64,000 nucleotides of DNA from Octopus vulgaris (GCA_951406725.2 OX597839.1:20522001-20586000), one strand, 5' to 3'; counted from the stretch's first letter, positions 40,497 through 54,547 are shown. Notes: generated from the letters alone by a model not told the origin. Made by a program: numbers and translations.

Positions 40497-40595
40497 ATAT
40501 ATATATATGCACATGAACTAACATACCTATACATATATAACCCTCCACACACACACATACATGTACATATAAATATATGTCTGTGTATAGATATT

Positions 40596-40675
<80 letters not shown>

Positions 40676-40682
40676 TATATAT

Positions 40683-40727
<45 letters not shown>

Positions 40728-41053
40728 TATACCTCTATGTGTCTGGCTGTAGTAGTGAACTCTTTTCTACTCTAGGCACAAGACCCGAAATTTTCGATTA
40801 GATCAACCCCAGTGCGTAACTGGTACTTAATTTCTCGTCCTCGAAAGGATGTAAGGCAAAGCCGACCTCGGCGGAATTTAAAGCGATTTCACATATTGTA
40901 ATGACAATAATGCTCAGATTTATGCGCATGTATATAGATTTATGCAATGGTCAGTGCATGCGCATGCATGTCCGTGAGTACACACACACATACACACGTG
41001 TGTGGTGTGTGTGCATTGCCACTACACTGACTTGTATGTATAATTTGAATAAC

Positions 41054-41191
41054 AGCTGGATTCGGTTGCATGCTACTTAAGATTTCGTAGGTACGACATA
41101 AGAACCTAGCTCGTCAAACTTAAACGTCCGACGAGCTAGTTCTGTATGACGCACCCAAGAAACTTCAAGTAGCAAGCAGCCAAGTCAAACT
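41054..41191. repeat. long imperfect inverted repeat
   Basis: Arms of about 62 bp around a 14-nt loop (41116-41129); the inner CTAGCTCGTC/GACGAGCTAG is perfect. Confidence 0.85.
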
Positions 41192-41432
41192 ATTACAAAA
41201 TCATAATGCATGTATTTCTTTCGTCCTTTTGCTTACGCCACCAAATTGAACAATATCATTGTTAAAGGCGTACAAGAACTGACGAGCAAAATATATATGT
41301 GTGTGTGTGTGTGCTTGTGTGTACACACGTCGGCACTCTCACACGCACAGGCGCACATACACATTGATGCATGCATAGATATTATAAACGTATGTACTTA
41401 TGCATATATGTTTGTATCTACCCATGTATGTG

Positions 41433-41479
<47 letters not shown>

Positions 41480-41481
<2 letters not shown>

Positions 41482-41883
41482 CTCTTTTACTTGTTTCAGT
41501 CATTTGACTGCGGCCATGCTGGAGCACCGCCTTTAGTCGAGCAAATCGACCCCGGGAATTATTCTTTGTAAGCCCAGTACTTATTCTATCGATCTCTTTT
41601 GCCGAACCGCTAAGTGACGGGGACGTAAACACACCAGCATCGGTTGTCAAGCGATGCTAGGGGGACAAACACAGACACACAAACATATACACACACACTT
41701 ATATATCTATACATATATACGATAGGCTTCTTTCAGTTTCCGTCTACCAAATCCACTCACAGGGCATTGGTCGGCCCGGGGCTATAGCAGAAGACACTTG
41801 CCCAAGATGTCACGCAGTGGGACTGAACCCGGAACCATGTGGTTGGTTAGCAAGCTACTTACCACACAGCCACTCCTGCGCCT
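41480..41883 (-). mobile_element. SINE family A, full length
   Basis: AGGCGCAGGAGTGGCTGTGTGGTAAG head with GGTTCAGTCCC B-box-like motif, through to the tail. Confidence 0.92.
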
Positions 41884-42637
41884 ATATATATATATATATA
41901 CGTGCGTTCGTCTGTAGATGTATACTCACGCATCCCTAAAACGAACACTTAAAAATTCCTCAATCCCATACATATAAATCACACTACCAGCCGTAACACC
42001 ACCACCACCACCACCACAACAAACCAAAATAAAAAAGTCCCTCTGCACTCTGCCCCAACCCCTCTGCCACACATCAAACCACCGCACCATAATTCTTCTC
42101 CCCCTAGTGTTAATTTTGTTAAAAAGTGCAACACGCATTCGCTCACACATCCAGCATTCTCTAAACCCTGGCCCCCGCCCGTAGCGCTCTGAGTAATATA
42201 CCACTTTCCACCACGAAAGCTCCCTCCGCTGTGCTTATCCTCTTTTAATTATTAGGAAAATTGTCTGCAGGCACTTTGCTCTCTCTCTATATATATATGT
42301 ATGTATCTATGTGAAATGATGAGGGTGGCAGTGGTGTTGCTGGTGGTGGTGGTGGTCGTGGTGGGGTTTATGATTGCACACTGACATGTGGGTGTGTTTT
42401 TTAATGAATGTATGTGCCGTCTCCCGCCCTGACTCTTTCTCTAATTTGTGTGTGTGTGTGTGAGTGTGTGTATCTATGTATATACATATACGTGTGTGTG
42501 TGTGTGTGCTTTTCAAATATATGTATGTAAAGGTATGTAATAAACAGGTACGTGTGTATATATATATATATATATGTATACATATTTGTGTATATGTTTG
42601 ATGTGTGTGTGTGTGTGTGCACACGTGTGCATATATC

Positions 42638-42844
42638 TATTTCTTTCTTTATTACCTAGAAGGGGCTAAACACAGAGGGGACAAACAAGGACAGACAAAG
42701 GGATTAAGTCGATTACAGCGACCTCAGTGAGTAACTGGTACTTAATTTATCGACCCCGAAAGGATTAAAGGCAAAGTCGACCACGGCGGAATTTGAACTC
42801 AGAACGTAACGGCAGACAAAATACGGCTACGCATTTCGTCCGGC
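42638..42844 (-). mobile_element. SINE family C
   Basis: Matches 55180-55397; head truncated. Confidence 0.85.
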
Positions 42845-42890
42845 AAGTGTGCATATATCAGCGTGCTCATATAATATGAAAAGTGTTTAT

Positions 42891-43283
42891 AGAGTGGCTG
42901 TGTGGTAAGTAGCTTGCTAACCAACCACATGGTTCCGGGTTCAGTCCCACTGCGTGGCATCTTGGGCAAATGTCTTCTGCTATAGCCCTGGGCCGACCAA
43001 TGCCTTGTGAGTTGATTTGGTAGACGGAAACTGAAAGAAGCCTGTCGTATATATATATATTTATATGTGTGTGTGTTTGTGTGTCTGTGTTTGTCCCCCT
43101 AGCATTGCTTGACAACCGATGTTGGTGTGTTTACGTCCCCGTCACTTAGCGGTTCGGCAAAAGAGACCGATAGAATAAGTACTGGGCTTACAAAGAATAA
43201 TTCCCGGGGTCGATTTGCTCGACTAAAGGTGGTGCTCCAGCATGGCCGCAGTCAAATGACTGAGACAAGTAAAAGAGTAAAAG
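42891..43283 (+). mobile_element. SINE family A, near full length
   Basis: Near-identical inverted partner of 41480-41883. Confidence 0.92.
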
Positions 43284-43768
43284 GGTTTATAGATGTGAAA
43301 CCCCTCCCAAACACACACATAGTTCAGATACGTACATACTTCCATACATACACACGTATGTACACAAAGAACGAAACTAGATGCTGTGAGAGCCTTCCTG
43401 CGCATGTCCGCATGGACTCAAAACACAGGCGATATTATTGATCGTGATGATGGTGGTGGTGATGATGATGGTGATGATGACGTCAATATTTGGGTCATGG
43501 GAAAACACTACGGGTTTCCCCTTTCGTTCGAGGCCCGAGCAAACACTTCTCACAGATAAACTTGATATGCTACAGCTAAAACCATGGAAGGACGGATTTA
43601 TTTTATCCACAAATTTGTGTGTGTGTGTATTTATATTAAGCATGATGTGCAGATGAAATATAAACATATATTTATGTGTGTGCGTCTACACACACAAAAG
43701 TACATATATACTTGTGTATACATATGCATATACAGGTGTGTGTGTGTGTGTGTATATATACATACATA

Positions 43769-43804
<36 letters not shown>

Positions 43805-44113
43805 CATATATCTATCCGTACATCATACATAAAGCAAATGCAAATATATATGTTCGTGTGATGTGCATATATATATATGTATGTATGTATGTATGTATGC
43901 ATGTATGTATGTATGTATGTATATATATGTATCGTATATGTGTGTATATATGTATTGTATATGTGAGGGTATACATATGTGTGTATATGTATATATATAT
44001 ATATATATATTTGTGTATACAATACATATTTATTGTATATATATATGTATTGTATGTGTGTATATATTGTATATGTGTATGTATTTATATTTATTTATTA
44101 TTGTATGTTTTTG

Positions 44114-44160
<47 letters not shown>

Positions 44161-44182
44161 ATCTGTTCACACTTCATTCAAA

Positions 44183-44222
<40 letters not shown>

Positions 44223-44470
44223 CATGTGTGTCTGTTTATGTTTAAAAGTTTACACACACACACTCACACACACACATATATATATATATACACACACTCG
44301 TGTATATGTGAATGCATAATATATATACATAACATGTATATTCAACATTATACACACACACACACATGCGAGCGCTCCCACGCATAAACGTATTCATCAC
44401 GTATGAGAATATATGCATTCACAAATCCCACTTTATAAAGACTGTGTGTGTATGTGTATATATATATATA

Positions 44471-44837
44471 TACTCTTTTACTCTTTTACTTGTTTCAGTC
44501 ATTTGACTGCGGCCATGCTGGAGCACCACCTTTTAGTACTTATTCTATCGGTCTCTTTTTGCCGAACCGCTACGTGACGGGGACATAAACACACCAGCAT
44601 CGGTTGTCAAGCAATGCTAGGGGGACAAACACAGACACACAAACACACACACACACACATATATACATATATACGACAGGCTTCTTTCAGTTTCCGTCTA
44701 CCAAATCCACTCACAAGGCATTGGTCGGCCCGGGGCTATAGCAGAAGACACTTGCCCAAGATGCCACGCAGTGGGACCGAACCCGCAACCGTGTGGTTGG
44801 TTAGCAAGCTACTTACCACACAGCCACTCCTGCGCCT
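44471..44837 (-). mobile_element. SINE family A with internal deletion
   Basis: Lacks the GTCGAGC..AAGCCC segment. Confidence 0.9.
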
Positions 44838-45261
44838 ATATATATATATATATATATATATCTATAACCATCTACGTTTCTACAAACGTATTATCTTACG
44901 AGACACACTGTATTTATTTATATATTTATTTATTTATGTTGTTGTTTGTCTTTGAGAATTTAAGCTTTTGTTTACACAGTGTCTTAGTTAAGATACATAT
45001 TGTGTATGTTACGATGTCGTTGAGAAACTAAATTCCCGATGCTAGTCTCTGCAAAATGCAGAATAATAAGTGTTTCGCATAGAATTGGTGGGGGGCAGGG
45101 ATTTTGTCGGGTGGGGGTGGGGGAAGCGTTGTCTTTTGGTTTTCACCTTCTGTCTTTGAATTCCTGCCATGCTGGAGCACCGCCTTGAAGCCTTTAGTCG
45201 ATCACATCAACTAAACATTTTGTATATTTATTTTTTTTGGGGGGGGGGGGGTTTATTTACT

Positions 45262-45566
45262 TTTTTACTCTTTTACTTGTTTCAGTCATTTGACGGCGGC
45301 CATGCTGGAGCACTGCCATTAGTTGAGCAAATCGACCTCAAAGACTTATTCTTTGTAAGCCTAGTACTTATTCTCTCGGTTCGCTTTTGCTGAACCGCTA
45401 AGTTACGGGGGACGTGAACACACCAGCATCGGTTGTCAAGCGATGTTGGGGGGGGGGGGGACAAACAAACACAGACACACAAACATATACACACATACAT
45501 ATATATATATACATACATATATATGACGGGCTTCTTTCAGTTTCCGTCTACCAAATCCACTCACAG
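45262..45566 (-). mobile_element. SINE family A, 3' two-thirds
   Basis: Aligns as far as CCACTCACA. Confidence 0.85.
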
Positions 45567-45743
45567 GAATATCCAGGGCACGGACATGCTAACCAACCTC
45601 TTGGGTTATCCCAGAGACAGCTGTAAGACTTAATTCACCTTACATTAATTAAATTCTTCTAAAAGACTTGAGATATTCGTTCTGCCTTGGTTTGGATTTT
45701 TTCTCTAATAATAATAATAATAATAATAATAATATATTATATA

Positions 45744-45958
45744 TACTCTTTTACTCTTTTACTTGTTTCAGTCATTTGACTGCGGCCATGCTGGAGCTAC
45801 GCCTTTAGTCGAGCAAATCGACCCCGGGACTTATTCTTTGTAAGCCCAGTACTTATTCTATCGGTGTCTTTTGCCGAACCGCTAAGTGACGGGGACGTAA
45901 ACACACCAGCATCGGTTGTCAAGCAATGCTAGGGGGACAAACACAGACACACACACAT

Positions 45959-46005
<47 letters not shown>

Positions 46006-46164
46006 GGCTTCTTTCAGTTTCCGTCTACCAAATCCACTCACAAGGCATTGGTCGGCCTGAGGCTATAGTAGAAGACACTTGCCCAAGATGCCACGCAGTG
46101 GGACTGAACCCGGAACCATGTGGTTGGTAAGCAAGCTACTTACCACACAGCCACTCCTGCGCCT
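45744..46164 (-). mobile_element. SINE family A, full length
   Basis: Complete head, core and tail. Confidence 0.92.
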
Positions 46165-46179
46165 ATATATATAGATTAA

Positions 46180-46800
46180 TAGACAGAGAAGGAGAGAAAG
46201 ATAGACAGAGTGGCAGAGAGACAGACCGAGATGGAGAGACACAAACAGATAACATGACTGAGAGACAGAAAAAGGAAGACAGACAGAAAGGGAGAGTGGT
46301 AGACAGGCAGACAGACAGGAAGAAACAGACTGAGTAGGAGAAATAGAGAATGAGAGAGAGAGAGGGGGAGGCAGATAACCTCGCCGAGAGACAGAGAGGG
46401 ACAAACTAAGCGGTAGAGAGACGGACAAATATAGAACAAACGTAGAGACGGACAAAGTGGCAGAGAGGGAGGGAGAAGGACGGAGAGTGAGAAGCAGACA
46501 GGTAGACAGAAACGGTGGCGGCGGGGGCGGAGTACATACTGAAGGGTGGAGGAGCGATGGAGAAGTGAAGAGAGAGAGAAAGAGAGAGAGAGAAAAGCAA
46601 ACAGAAAGGAAAAGTGGGAGATCTAGACAGACTGAGTGGGAGAGAGGTAGACAGACAGAGAGGGAGGGAGAAAGACAGACATAAGGACCAGAGAGTGAGA
46701 GGCGGACAGACAGACAGACAGATGGACAGACAGACAGAGGGGGACGGGCTGAGAGGGGGACTGAGAGGGGGAGGGTAGGAGAGAAGGCAGGGCGGCGGGT
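46180..46800. repeat. purine-rich GA/GACA low-complexity tract
   Basis: Strong purine bias on the + strand. Confidence 0.85.
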
Positions 46801-47262
46801 GAGAATAAATTCTACTAAAATAAATGAAACCCCGCGTAAAAAATACAATGTCTCCACTTCTGTCTTGACTACAAAAGAATGGAATAATCAAAATTAGAAT
46901 TAAATTCCATTTTTTCCCCCTCTTCTTTTATAATTGCCTCAGTAGGAGACCTTCCATGATATTCTTTTAATGATTATTGCTGTGTTTTCTAAGACTAAAT
47001 ATTTGTTCTCCTTCCCTTCCACGTCGACCACCATTATTTACGTACGTGTATATATATGTATCTTCTCTGATGTATGCGTTTGATGATAATGATGATGATG
47101 GCAGTCATGATGATGATGATGATGTATGTAACATCAAAAGAGGTAATGCCACCCAAAAAGCAACCGGTGCTGAAGGAAATGCAATAGTAATTCCGTTACT
47201 TCCTCCACCCTGTCTGTCTGTTTGACTATGCGTGTATAAGTATATACTTATGAATATATATA

Positions 47263-47314
<52 letters not shown>

Positions 47315-47370
47315 TTTTTACACAGAACTTAAGAAAATATATGTAATGTACGTGTGTATATTTGGATGTA

Positions 47371-47426
<56 letters not shown>

Positions 47427-47481
47427 ATGTCGCTAGCCACTACACATTCTTTATTTTCTCTCCTTGTTTCTTTCTGTGTTC

Positions 47482-47517
47482 CTTTCTGTGGAAGAGCATA
47501 GGCTCGAAACGTAAAAG
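47482..47517 (+). ncRNA. variant minimal hammerhead-like motif
   Basis: CTTT-CTGTGGA-A-GAGC-ATAG-GCTC-GAAAC-GTA-AAAG; core position A6 is replaced by U. Confidence 0.5.
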
Positions 47518-47609
47518 ACTTTTTCATTTTCCGAGCGTCAAACTAATACATCTGTTTGTTTTCTACACCACCTGTCTTCGTCTTTTTTTTTTTTTTTTTT
47601 GTGAATTCT

Positions 47610-47671
<62 letters not shown>

Positions 47672-48050
47672 TTTATTTAAAGCAGCAGAAAATTCAACAA
47701 AACCTATTACTCTGAGTTTCCGTTGCCGTTCATCATTTATGTGTTTACTCCGGTATATATATATTATATATATATATATAGGGGTTTGTATGATTGTGTA
47801 TAGAGTTGAAATATTCCTGTCACAACCTGGGACCTTGAAGACTGCTTTAATGCAAAAAAGTATACTAGTCCCTTAATATTTGATATTCAATATTTCATCT
47901 ATTCAATAAGACAATCAATACTTCATTTCATTTTACTATATATATACTATTTATATACTATATATTCTATATTCTACATTAATATTATAAAGAATATAAA
48001 TAAAACATAAAAAGCAGGCATAGTTGGAATTCCTTTGAATAATATATATA

Positions 48051-48428
48051 CACTACCGTCAGAAATTAATTAGCACCCTTGATTTGCTCTTCACTCAAGG
48101 TATGTGCTGTCACCTAGTGGCCATATCTCGAACTATTGCTTTGTTGCGAGTTCACTGTTGCGCAAAACGATGACGTAACTTTGTTTGCAGAGTAGTTTGA
48201 GAGTCTACAGCCTTATGATGTTGACATAGCAGTGCAACAACAACTTGGAGTGCGGATGCAGACAAATTCCTTTGTTTAATAGATATAGGTAGCGCCTCGC
48301 AAGGACCGAAATCACACCATACTAAGTTTTCTCATCGCGTAAGACGTTTTGAACAGCTCATAGGTTAATTGATTTAACCTATTTAATGTAGAAATTTGAG
48401 AAGTGCTAATTAATTTCTGACGCAAGTG
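48051..48428. mobile_element. Tc1/mariner-type MITE
   Basis: TA|CACTACCGTCAGAAATTAATTAGCAC ... GTGCTAATTAATTTCTGACGCAAGTG|TA. Confidence 0.9.
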
Positions 48429-48665
48429 TAGGTGTTTTTGTATTCGTGCATATGTGTTTTATGTGCGTATGTGTATTAAATCTACACGTAAACACACACA
48501 TACACATATATAACATCGACATACACACATATTAAGGTTGTGCCGAAAGTAAAGCAAAAGTGAGCATAACTTTTGGACCCTTCCCTTATTTCCATGTGTT
48601 GCATGTTATTCTCTGGACATTTCCCTGATATCCATGCATTGTTTTTAACCGCCAAAGTAACTTAG

Positions 48666-48826
48666 GACGGGCTTCTTTCAGTTTCCGCTTACCAAATTCA
48701 CTCACAGAGCTTTGCTCGACCCGAGGCTATAGTAAAAGACACTTGTCCAAAGTGCCGCGCAGTGGGACTGAACCCGGGACCATGTGATTGGGAAGCAAGC
48801 TTCTTACCACACAGCCACTCTTACGC
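48666..48826 (-). mobile_element. SINE family A, 5' half
   Basis: Head and core only. Confidence 0.85.
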
Positions 48827-48830
48827 TTTA

Positions 48831-49247
48831 AAGGCGGTGAGCTGGCAAACACGTTAGCGCACTGGGCGAAATGCTTAGCGGTATTTCGTCTGTCGTTACG
48901 TTCTGAGTTCAAATTCCGCCGAGGTCGACTTTGCCGTTCATCCTTTCGGGGTCGATAAATTAAGTACCAGTTACGCACTGGAGTCGATATAATCGACTTA
49001 ATCCCTTTGTCTATCCTTGTTTGTCCCCTCTATGTTTAGTCCCTTGTGGGTAGTAAAGAGACAGGTATTTCGTCTGTCGTTACGTTCTGAGTTCAAATTC
49101 CGCCGAGGTCGACTTTGCCTTTCATCCTTTGGTGGTCGATAAATAAAGTACCAGTTTCACACTGGGGGTCGATGTAATCGACTTAATCCCTTTGTCTGTC
49201 CTTGTTTGTCCCCTCTATGTTTAGCCCCTTGTGGGCAATAAAGAAAT
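48831..49247 (+). mobile_element. SINE family C with body dimer
   Basis: GTATTTCGTCTG at 48881 and 49065. Confidence 0.9.
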
Positions 49248-49614
49248 ATATATGTCTGTGTGTGTGTGTGTGTGTGTCGCAACCATTACTATATTCCAAA
49301 TCAATGATGATAACAAAGGAGGAAAAATAGTGTTGAAATGTAGATTGTAGCAGATTCTTTTACCATTTTTCACAGGAACATTTCACAATTCCAAGAAGAC
49401 GTTATGAAAACAAGATCAAACTTCAAACTGAAATATCCTTTTGTTGTTTTCGCTATTATTTCTGTAATTATATATTTTGGAGGTTTTTCAATGTTATCTG
49501 GAGTGTTTTCGGTTTCTTTTGTTGTTTTGTTTTAATGTTCTTTTTTTTTACATTCATATATTATGCATAAGACGTACATACATATATAATTACATATATA
49601 TAATCTACCTACAG

Positions 49615-49684
<70 letters not shown>

Positions 49685-49869
49685 ACAAATATATGTCGTG
49701 TGTGTGCGTGTATTTACCATTTCTTAAGACCTCTAAATATGTTTTTATAATGCTTAAATGATTTGAGATATTGCCTTTTTGTAACGTTAGTGAAGTTGCC
49801 GACGAAGATTATTGCAGTACAATAAGGCCACCATTATCACCATTAACGGCAACAACAACAACAACAATA

Positions 49870-49900
<31 letters not shown>

Positions 49901-50613
49901 TCGTTTGCCGTTGTTGAAATTGTTGCTTGTGAATACAATCACATTATACTTTAAGAATATTCAATGTTGTTACTAAAGTAGTACCCGTCAAAAACGACGG
50001 GGTTTATTTTTATCTCGTGATAGTAATTCTTAATCTTTACGCTTCAAGCCTCTCCCCATGTTCTTCTTGTGTTTCATTTTGACTTCTTTCAGTTCTTATT
50101 ACCTTACAGTATTCCGCCGAGGTCTGCTTTGCCTTTCATCCTTTCAGGGTCGATAAAATAAGTACCAGTTGATCACTGGGGTCTATTTAATCGACTTTGC
50201 GTCTCTCCCAAAACTGCTGGCCTTGTGCTAAAATTTGAAACCTTTATTACATTGTAGTTATTTCTGTCCTCCCAACATTGCCCAGACTTGTGCCTCGGAG
50301 GGTAACATTCTAGGTGCAATCCCATGGTCATTCATGACCGAATGGGGTCACAGTACAAAGAGAAAGACAGGAGTGGTGTTATTGGTTAGGATGATGGTTA
50401 CATTACAAATGGTGGTGGTGGTGGTGGTTTTGGTGGCGGTGATAGTCGTGGTCATGACGATAGGATGCAGGGATGGACGGTGGTAAAGTGATTTTGTGTA
50501 GTGGTGGTTGTAACAGTGGTTGTAAGGATGATGGTACATGTCTAGTTGTGGTGGTAGTGGTGGTTGTCGTCGTCATCGTTGTGAGAGTGTCGTAGTGGTA
50601 GAGTTTCTTGTTC

Positions 50614-50932
50614 CAGGTCAGCTTCGATCGATCAGGCCTGATCAAAGGCTTTCCAGCCTTGACTCTCCCTTTCGATGATTGCAATGATGCTGATGATGAT
50701 AATAATTATAACGTGAATTCCACTCTACCTTGCTCCTATAAATCTGGGGTCTTTTCTATGTAAAAAAGAGGACAGGTCAGCTTCGATCGATCAGGCCTGA
50801 TGAAAGGCTTTCCAGCCTTGACTCTCCCTTTCGATGATTGCAATGATGATGATGATGATGATGATAATAATTATAACATGAATTCCACTCTACCTTGCTC
50901 CTATAAATCTGGGGTCTTGTATGTAAAAAAAA
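50614..50932. repeat. recent ~159-bp tandem duplication
   Basis: CAGGTCAGCTTCGATCGATC.. at 50614 and 50773; the two units are near-identical. Confidence 0.9.
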
Positions 50933-51239
50933 AAAGGGGACGAGAATGGATTATGCACCATCACCGCCACCAACATCATTATTATCATCATCATCATCAT
51001 CACCAGCAGCAACCACGACCACCATCCTTCCCATCATCACCGCCACCACCTCCATTTCATTTTATTCATCCCTCCTCCCAGCCACCCTCTCAGTTTGATT
51101 AACTCTTCACACTATCTCTGCTGCACTGCTGTGAACTCCCAATGTTAGGGAGCAGAATGGTAAAGGTAAAGTGGTGAGGAGGAGGTGCGGCATGGTGTAA
51201 ATAGGGTGCAGCAGAGTGCAGGGATGAAGAGGATGAAGA

Positions 51240-53682
51240 ACTAGTGGTGGTGGTGGTGGTGGTGGTGGTGTTTGTCTTGGTAGTAAGTCGTGCTGTGATG
51301 GTGCACTGTTGTGTTGTGTAGTATAAATAGGGTACAGGATAGGGGGAGCTGTGGTGGTGGTGGTGATGGTAGTATTGATGGTGAGTGTTGAGGATGGCGG
51401 CGGTGGTGATAGTTATAACCGTAGTGGTAGTGCTGATGGCGGCGATAGTGATGGTGGTACTGGCAGTGGTGGTGGTGATGGTGGTACTGGCAGTGGTGGT
51501 GGTGATAGTGGTAACCGTAGTAGTAGGGGTGGTGATGGTGGTAACTGCAGTGGTAGTGATGATGGTGGTAACCGTAGTGGTAGGGCTGAAGGCGATGGTG
51601 GAGGTGATGGTGGTGGTGGTTGTGATAGTGGTAGGGCTGATGACTGTGAGGATGATGATGGTAACTGCAGTGGTAGTGATGATGATGGTAACTGCAGTGG
51701 TGGTGGTGATAGTGGTAGTGGTAGGGCTGATGGCGGCAGTGGTGATAGTGGTAACCGTAGTGGTGGTGGTGGTGATGTGGATGCTAGTGTTGAAGGTGGC
51801 GGCGGTGGTGATGGTAGTAACCGTAGTGGTAGTGGTGATGATAGTGATGGTTGTGGTTGGTGTTGGTGGTAGTAGCAGTAGAAGCACTAGTGGTGGTTAA
51901 TATTGAACTGGTGTTGGTGGCGATGGTGGTTGTGTTGGCAACGTTACTGGCGATGGTGGTGGTGGTGGTGGTGGTGTTTCGTCACTCAGGTATCAATCAG
52001 ATATATTTTGGTGGTGGTGGTGGTGGTGGTAGTAGTAGTAGTCATAGTAGAAAATGACAGTGGTGATGGTATGAGTAGTAATAATTGTGGTGGTAAATGG
52101 TATGGTGGTACTGACAGTGCTGGAAGATGGTATGGTGATGATAGTAGCGTTGGTGGAGGTGGCGGAGGGGTAGTGGTTATAATTACCATCGCTACCATTG
52201 CCACTAATCCACTTCCCCAACCCTCTACACCATCCACCTACTGACCTATTTAACGACATAACTGAATCCGCCCCCTCCCTTTTTTTTTAATCCCCTGCTC
52301 ACCCCCGGTCTTGCTCCGTGCTCCACCACCTCCACCAATGGTCCCCAACGCTGGTGTACTTACTCTTTCATCACCCTACAAGATATTAAGGATGATATAA
52401 TGATGATGATGATGATGACGATGATAATGATGATGATGTCCATGGTGGTGATGATGTTCATGATGGTGATGAGTGAGACGATCATCATCAAGTACATTTT
52501 GATTAAGTGGTATGATGGTTAATGGCAACGAGAACGATGGAGGGAGGAGCGGGGTGGGGAAGAGGGCTTGATGGTGAGGATAATATTCATAATGACATCT
52601 TCGACATAACGATTGGCTGCTGACGATGATGATGATGATGATGATAATGTTAACGACGGCGATTATGATGATGATGATGATGATGATAATGTTAACGACG
52701 GCGATGATAATGATGATGATGATGATGATGATGATAATGTTAACGACGGCGATGATGATAATGATGATGATGACATTGGAGGCTGTTTTTGTTGTTATTG
52801 CCGTTTGCTAATGATAATAACTTAGTTAATGATGATGATGATGGTGATGATGATAACTATAATAATAATAATAATAATAATAATAACCAGATGACGTTGA
52901 TGACACCAGACCATTGGCAAATTAAGACCGTTAAAATGATGGCGGCGGTGGCACCGATGATGGTAGCAGCGGTGGTGGTGGTGGTGGCGGAGGTGGTGGT
53001 GGTGGTGGTGTTGGTAGTGTGGTTAACGATGTTGGCCGCCATATTGTTGTTGATGTTGTTATTGTTGCTGATTGTTGTGGTGGTGGTGGTAGTAGTGGTG
53101 ATGATTGCGATAGTAATGGTGGTGGTGGTGGTAGAGTGGTGATGATTGCGATAGTAATGGTGGTGGTGGTGGTGGTGGTGGTGTTCTGGTAATGACGTCG
53201 GCGGGGGCAATTATTACAATCCACCCTTATTGTTCATTGGTGACCTCATCACTTACGATACCAGCATCTCTCTTTAATACTCTCCCCCCACTCACACACA
53301 CACACACACGTACGCACACTCCCGCGCGCATACATGCTCCAAAGTGATGCTGACAATAACAGCAAGTAATGATGACATGTGACGATAAATGCAAAACAAT
53401 GATGACGATGACGACGATGATAATGGTGGTGGTGGTGGTGGTGGTGGTGGTGGTGGTGGTGGTGGTGACAGTTTTCGTAATGGTAATAATTACGTTGCTT
53501 ATGGTTATTGAAGGTGTTGTAGGTAATTATGACGTTGCTGCTGCTGCTGCTGGTAACGACGGTGGGGTTGCTGGTAGCGGCAGTGGTGGTTAGTGATAAC
53601 GGTAGTAGTAGTAGTAGTGGTGGTGGTGGTGGTGGTAGTGGTAGTGGTGGTGGTGGTAATAGTGGTGGTGGTGGTGGTGGTG

Positions 53683-53726
<44 letters not shown>

Positions 53727-53900
53727 TGTGGTAGTAGTAGTAATGGTGCTGGTGCTTCTACTGCCGCTGAGATGAACTATGGCAAAGGTGATAATTGCGA
53801 TAAAGATAATGTTGATGATGACGATGGTGATGATCAGGACAGCGATAATGATGGTGGTAGTTTGTCGAAAATGATGATGATGGCGATAATGATGATTATG
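51240..53900. repeat. GGT/GAT/AGT trinucleotide-rich low-complexity field
   Basis: Long degenerate triplet arrays with GGTAACCGTAGT and AATGTTAACGACGGC subrepeats. Confidence 0.85.
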
Positions 53901-54132
53901 ACATCATTTCCGCTCTACCTTAACCTTGTGAATTTGAGAATTTTTTCTATGTTAAAGGAGATAGGAATGGTCTAAGCATCTTATAGTTACACATACACAC
54001 ACTTATGTAAATTATACATACATAAAACAGACACCAACACACACACACGTACATTTTTATTGATAGTGTGATCCGAAAAAAATCTTGGTACAGGAAGTTA
54101 GTAAACATCAAATATGTACACAGCTTGTATAT

Positions 54133-54547
54133 AGGCGCAGGAGTGGCTGTGGTAAGTAGCTTGCTTACCAACCACATGGTTCCGGGTTCAGTCCCACTGC
54201 GTGGCATCTTGGGCATGTGTCTTCTACTATAGCCTCGGGCCGACCAAAACCTTGTGAGTGGATTTGGTAGACGGAAACTGAAAGAAGCCCGTCGTATATA
54301 TGTATGTATATATATATGTGTGTGTGTATGTTTGTGTGTCTGTTTGTCCCCCTAGCATTGCTTGACAACCGATGCTGGTGTGTTTACGTCCCCGTTACTT
54401 AGCGGTTCGGCAAAAGAGACCGATAGAATAAGTACTGGGCTTACAAAAGAATAAGTCCCGGGATCGAGTTGCTCGATTAAAGGCGGTGCTCCAGCATGGC
54501 CGCAGTCAACTGACTGAAACGAGTAAAAGAGAAAAGAGTAAAAGAGT
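54133..54547 (+). mobile_element. SINE family A, full length
   Basis: Complete head, core and tail. Confidence 0.92.

Noticed and set aside
50796-50825. CTGATGA followed by a hairpin (hammerhead-like)
   Set aside because: No GAAA core follows, and the sister tandem copy reads CTGATCA.
51099-51900. Poly-Thr, Gly-Asp-Ser and poly-Val ORFs
   Set aside because: Degenerate GGT/GAT triplet array with three overlapping low-complexity readings.
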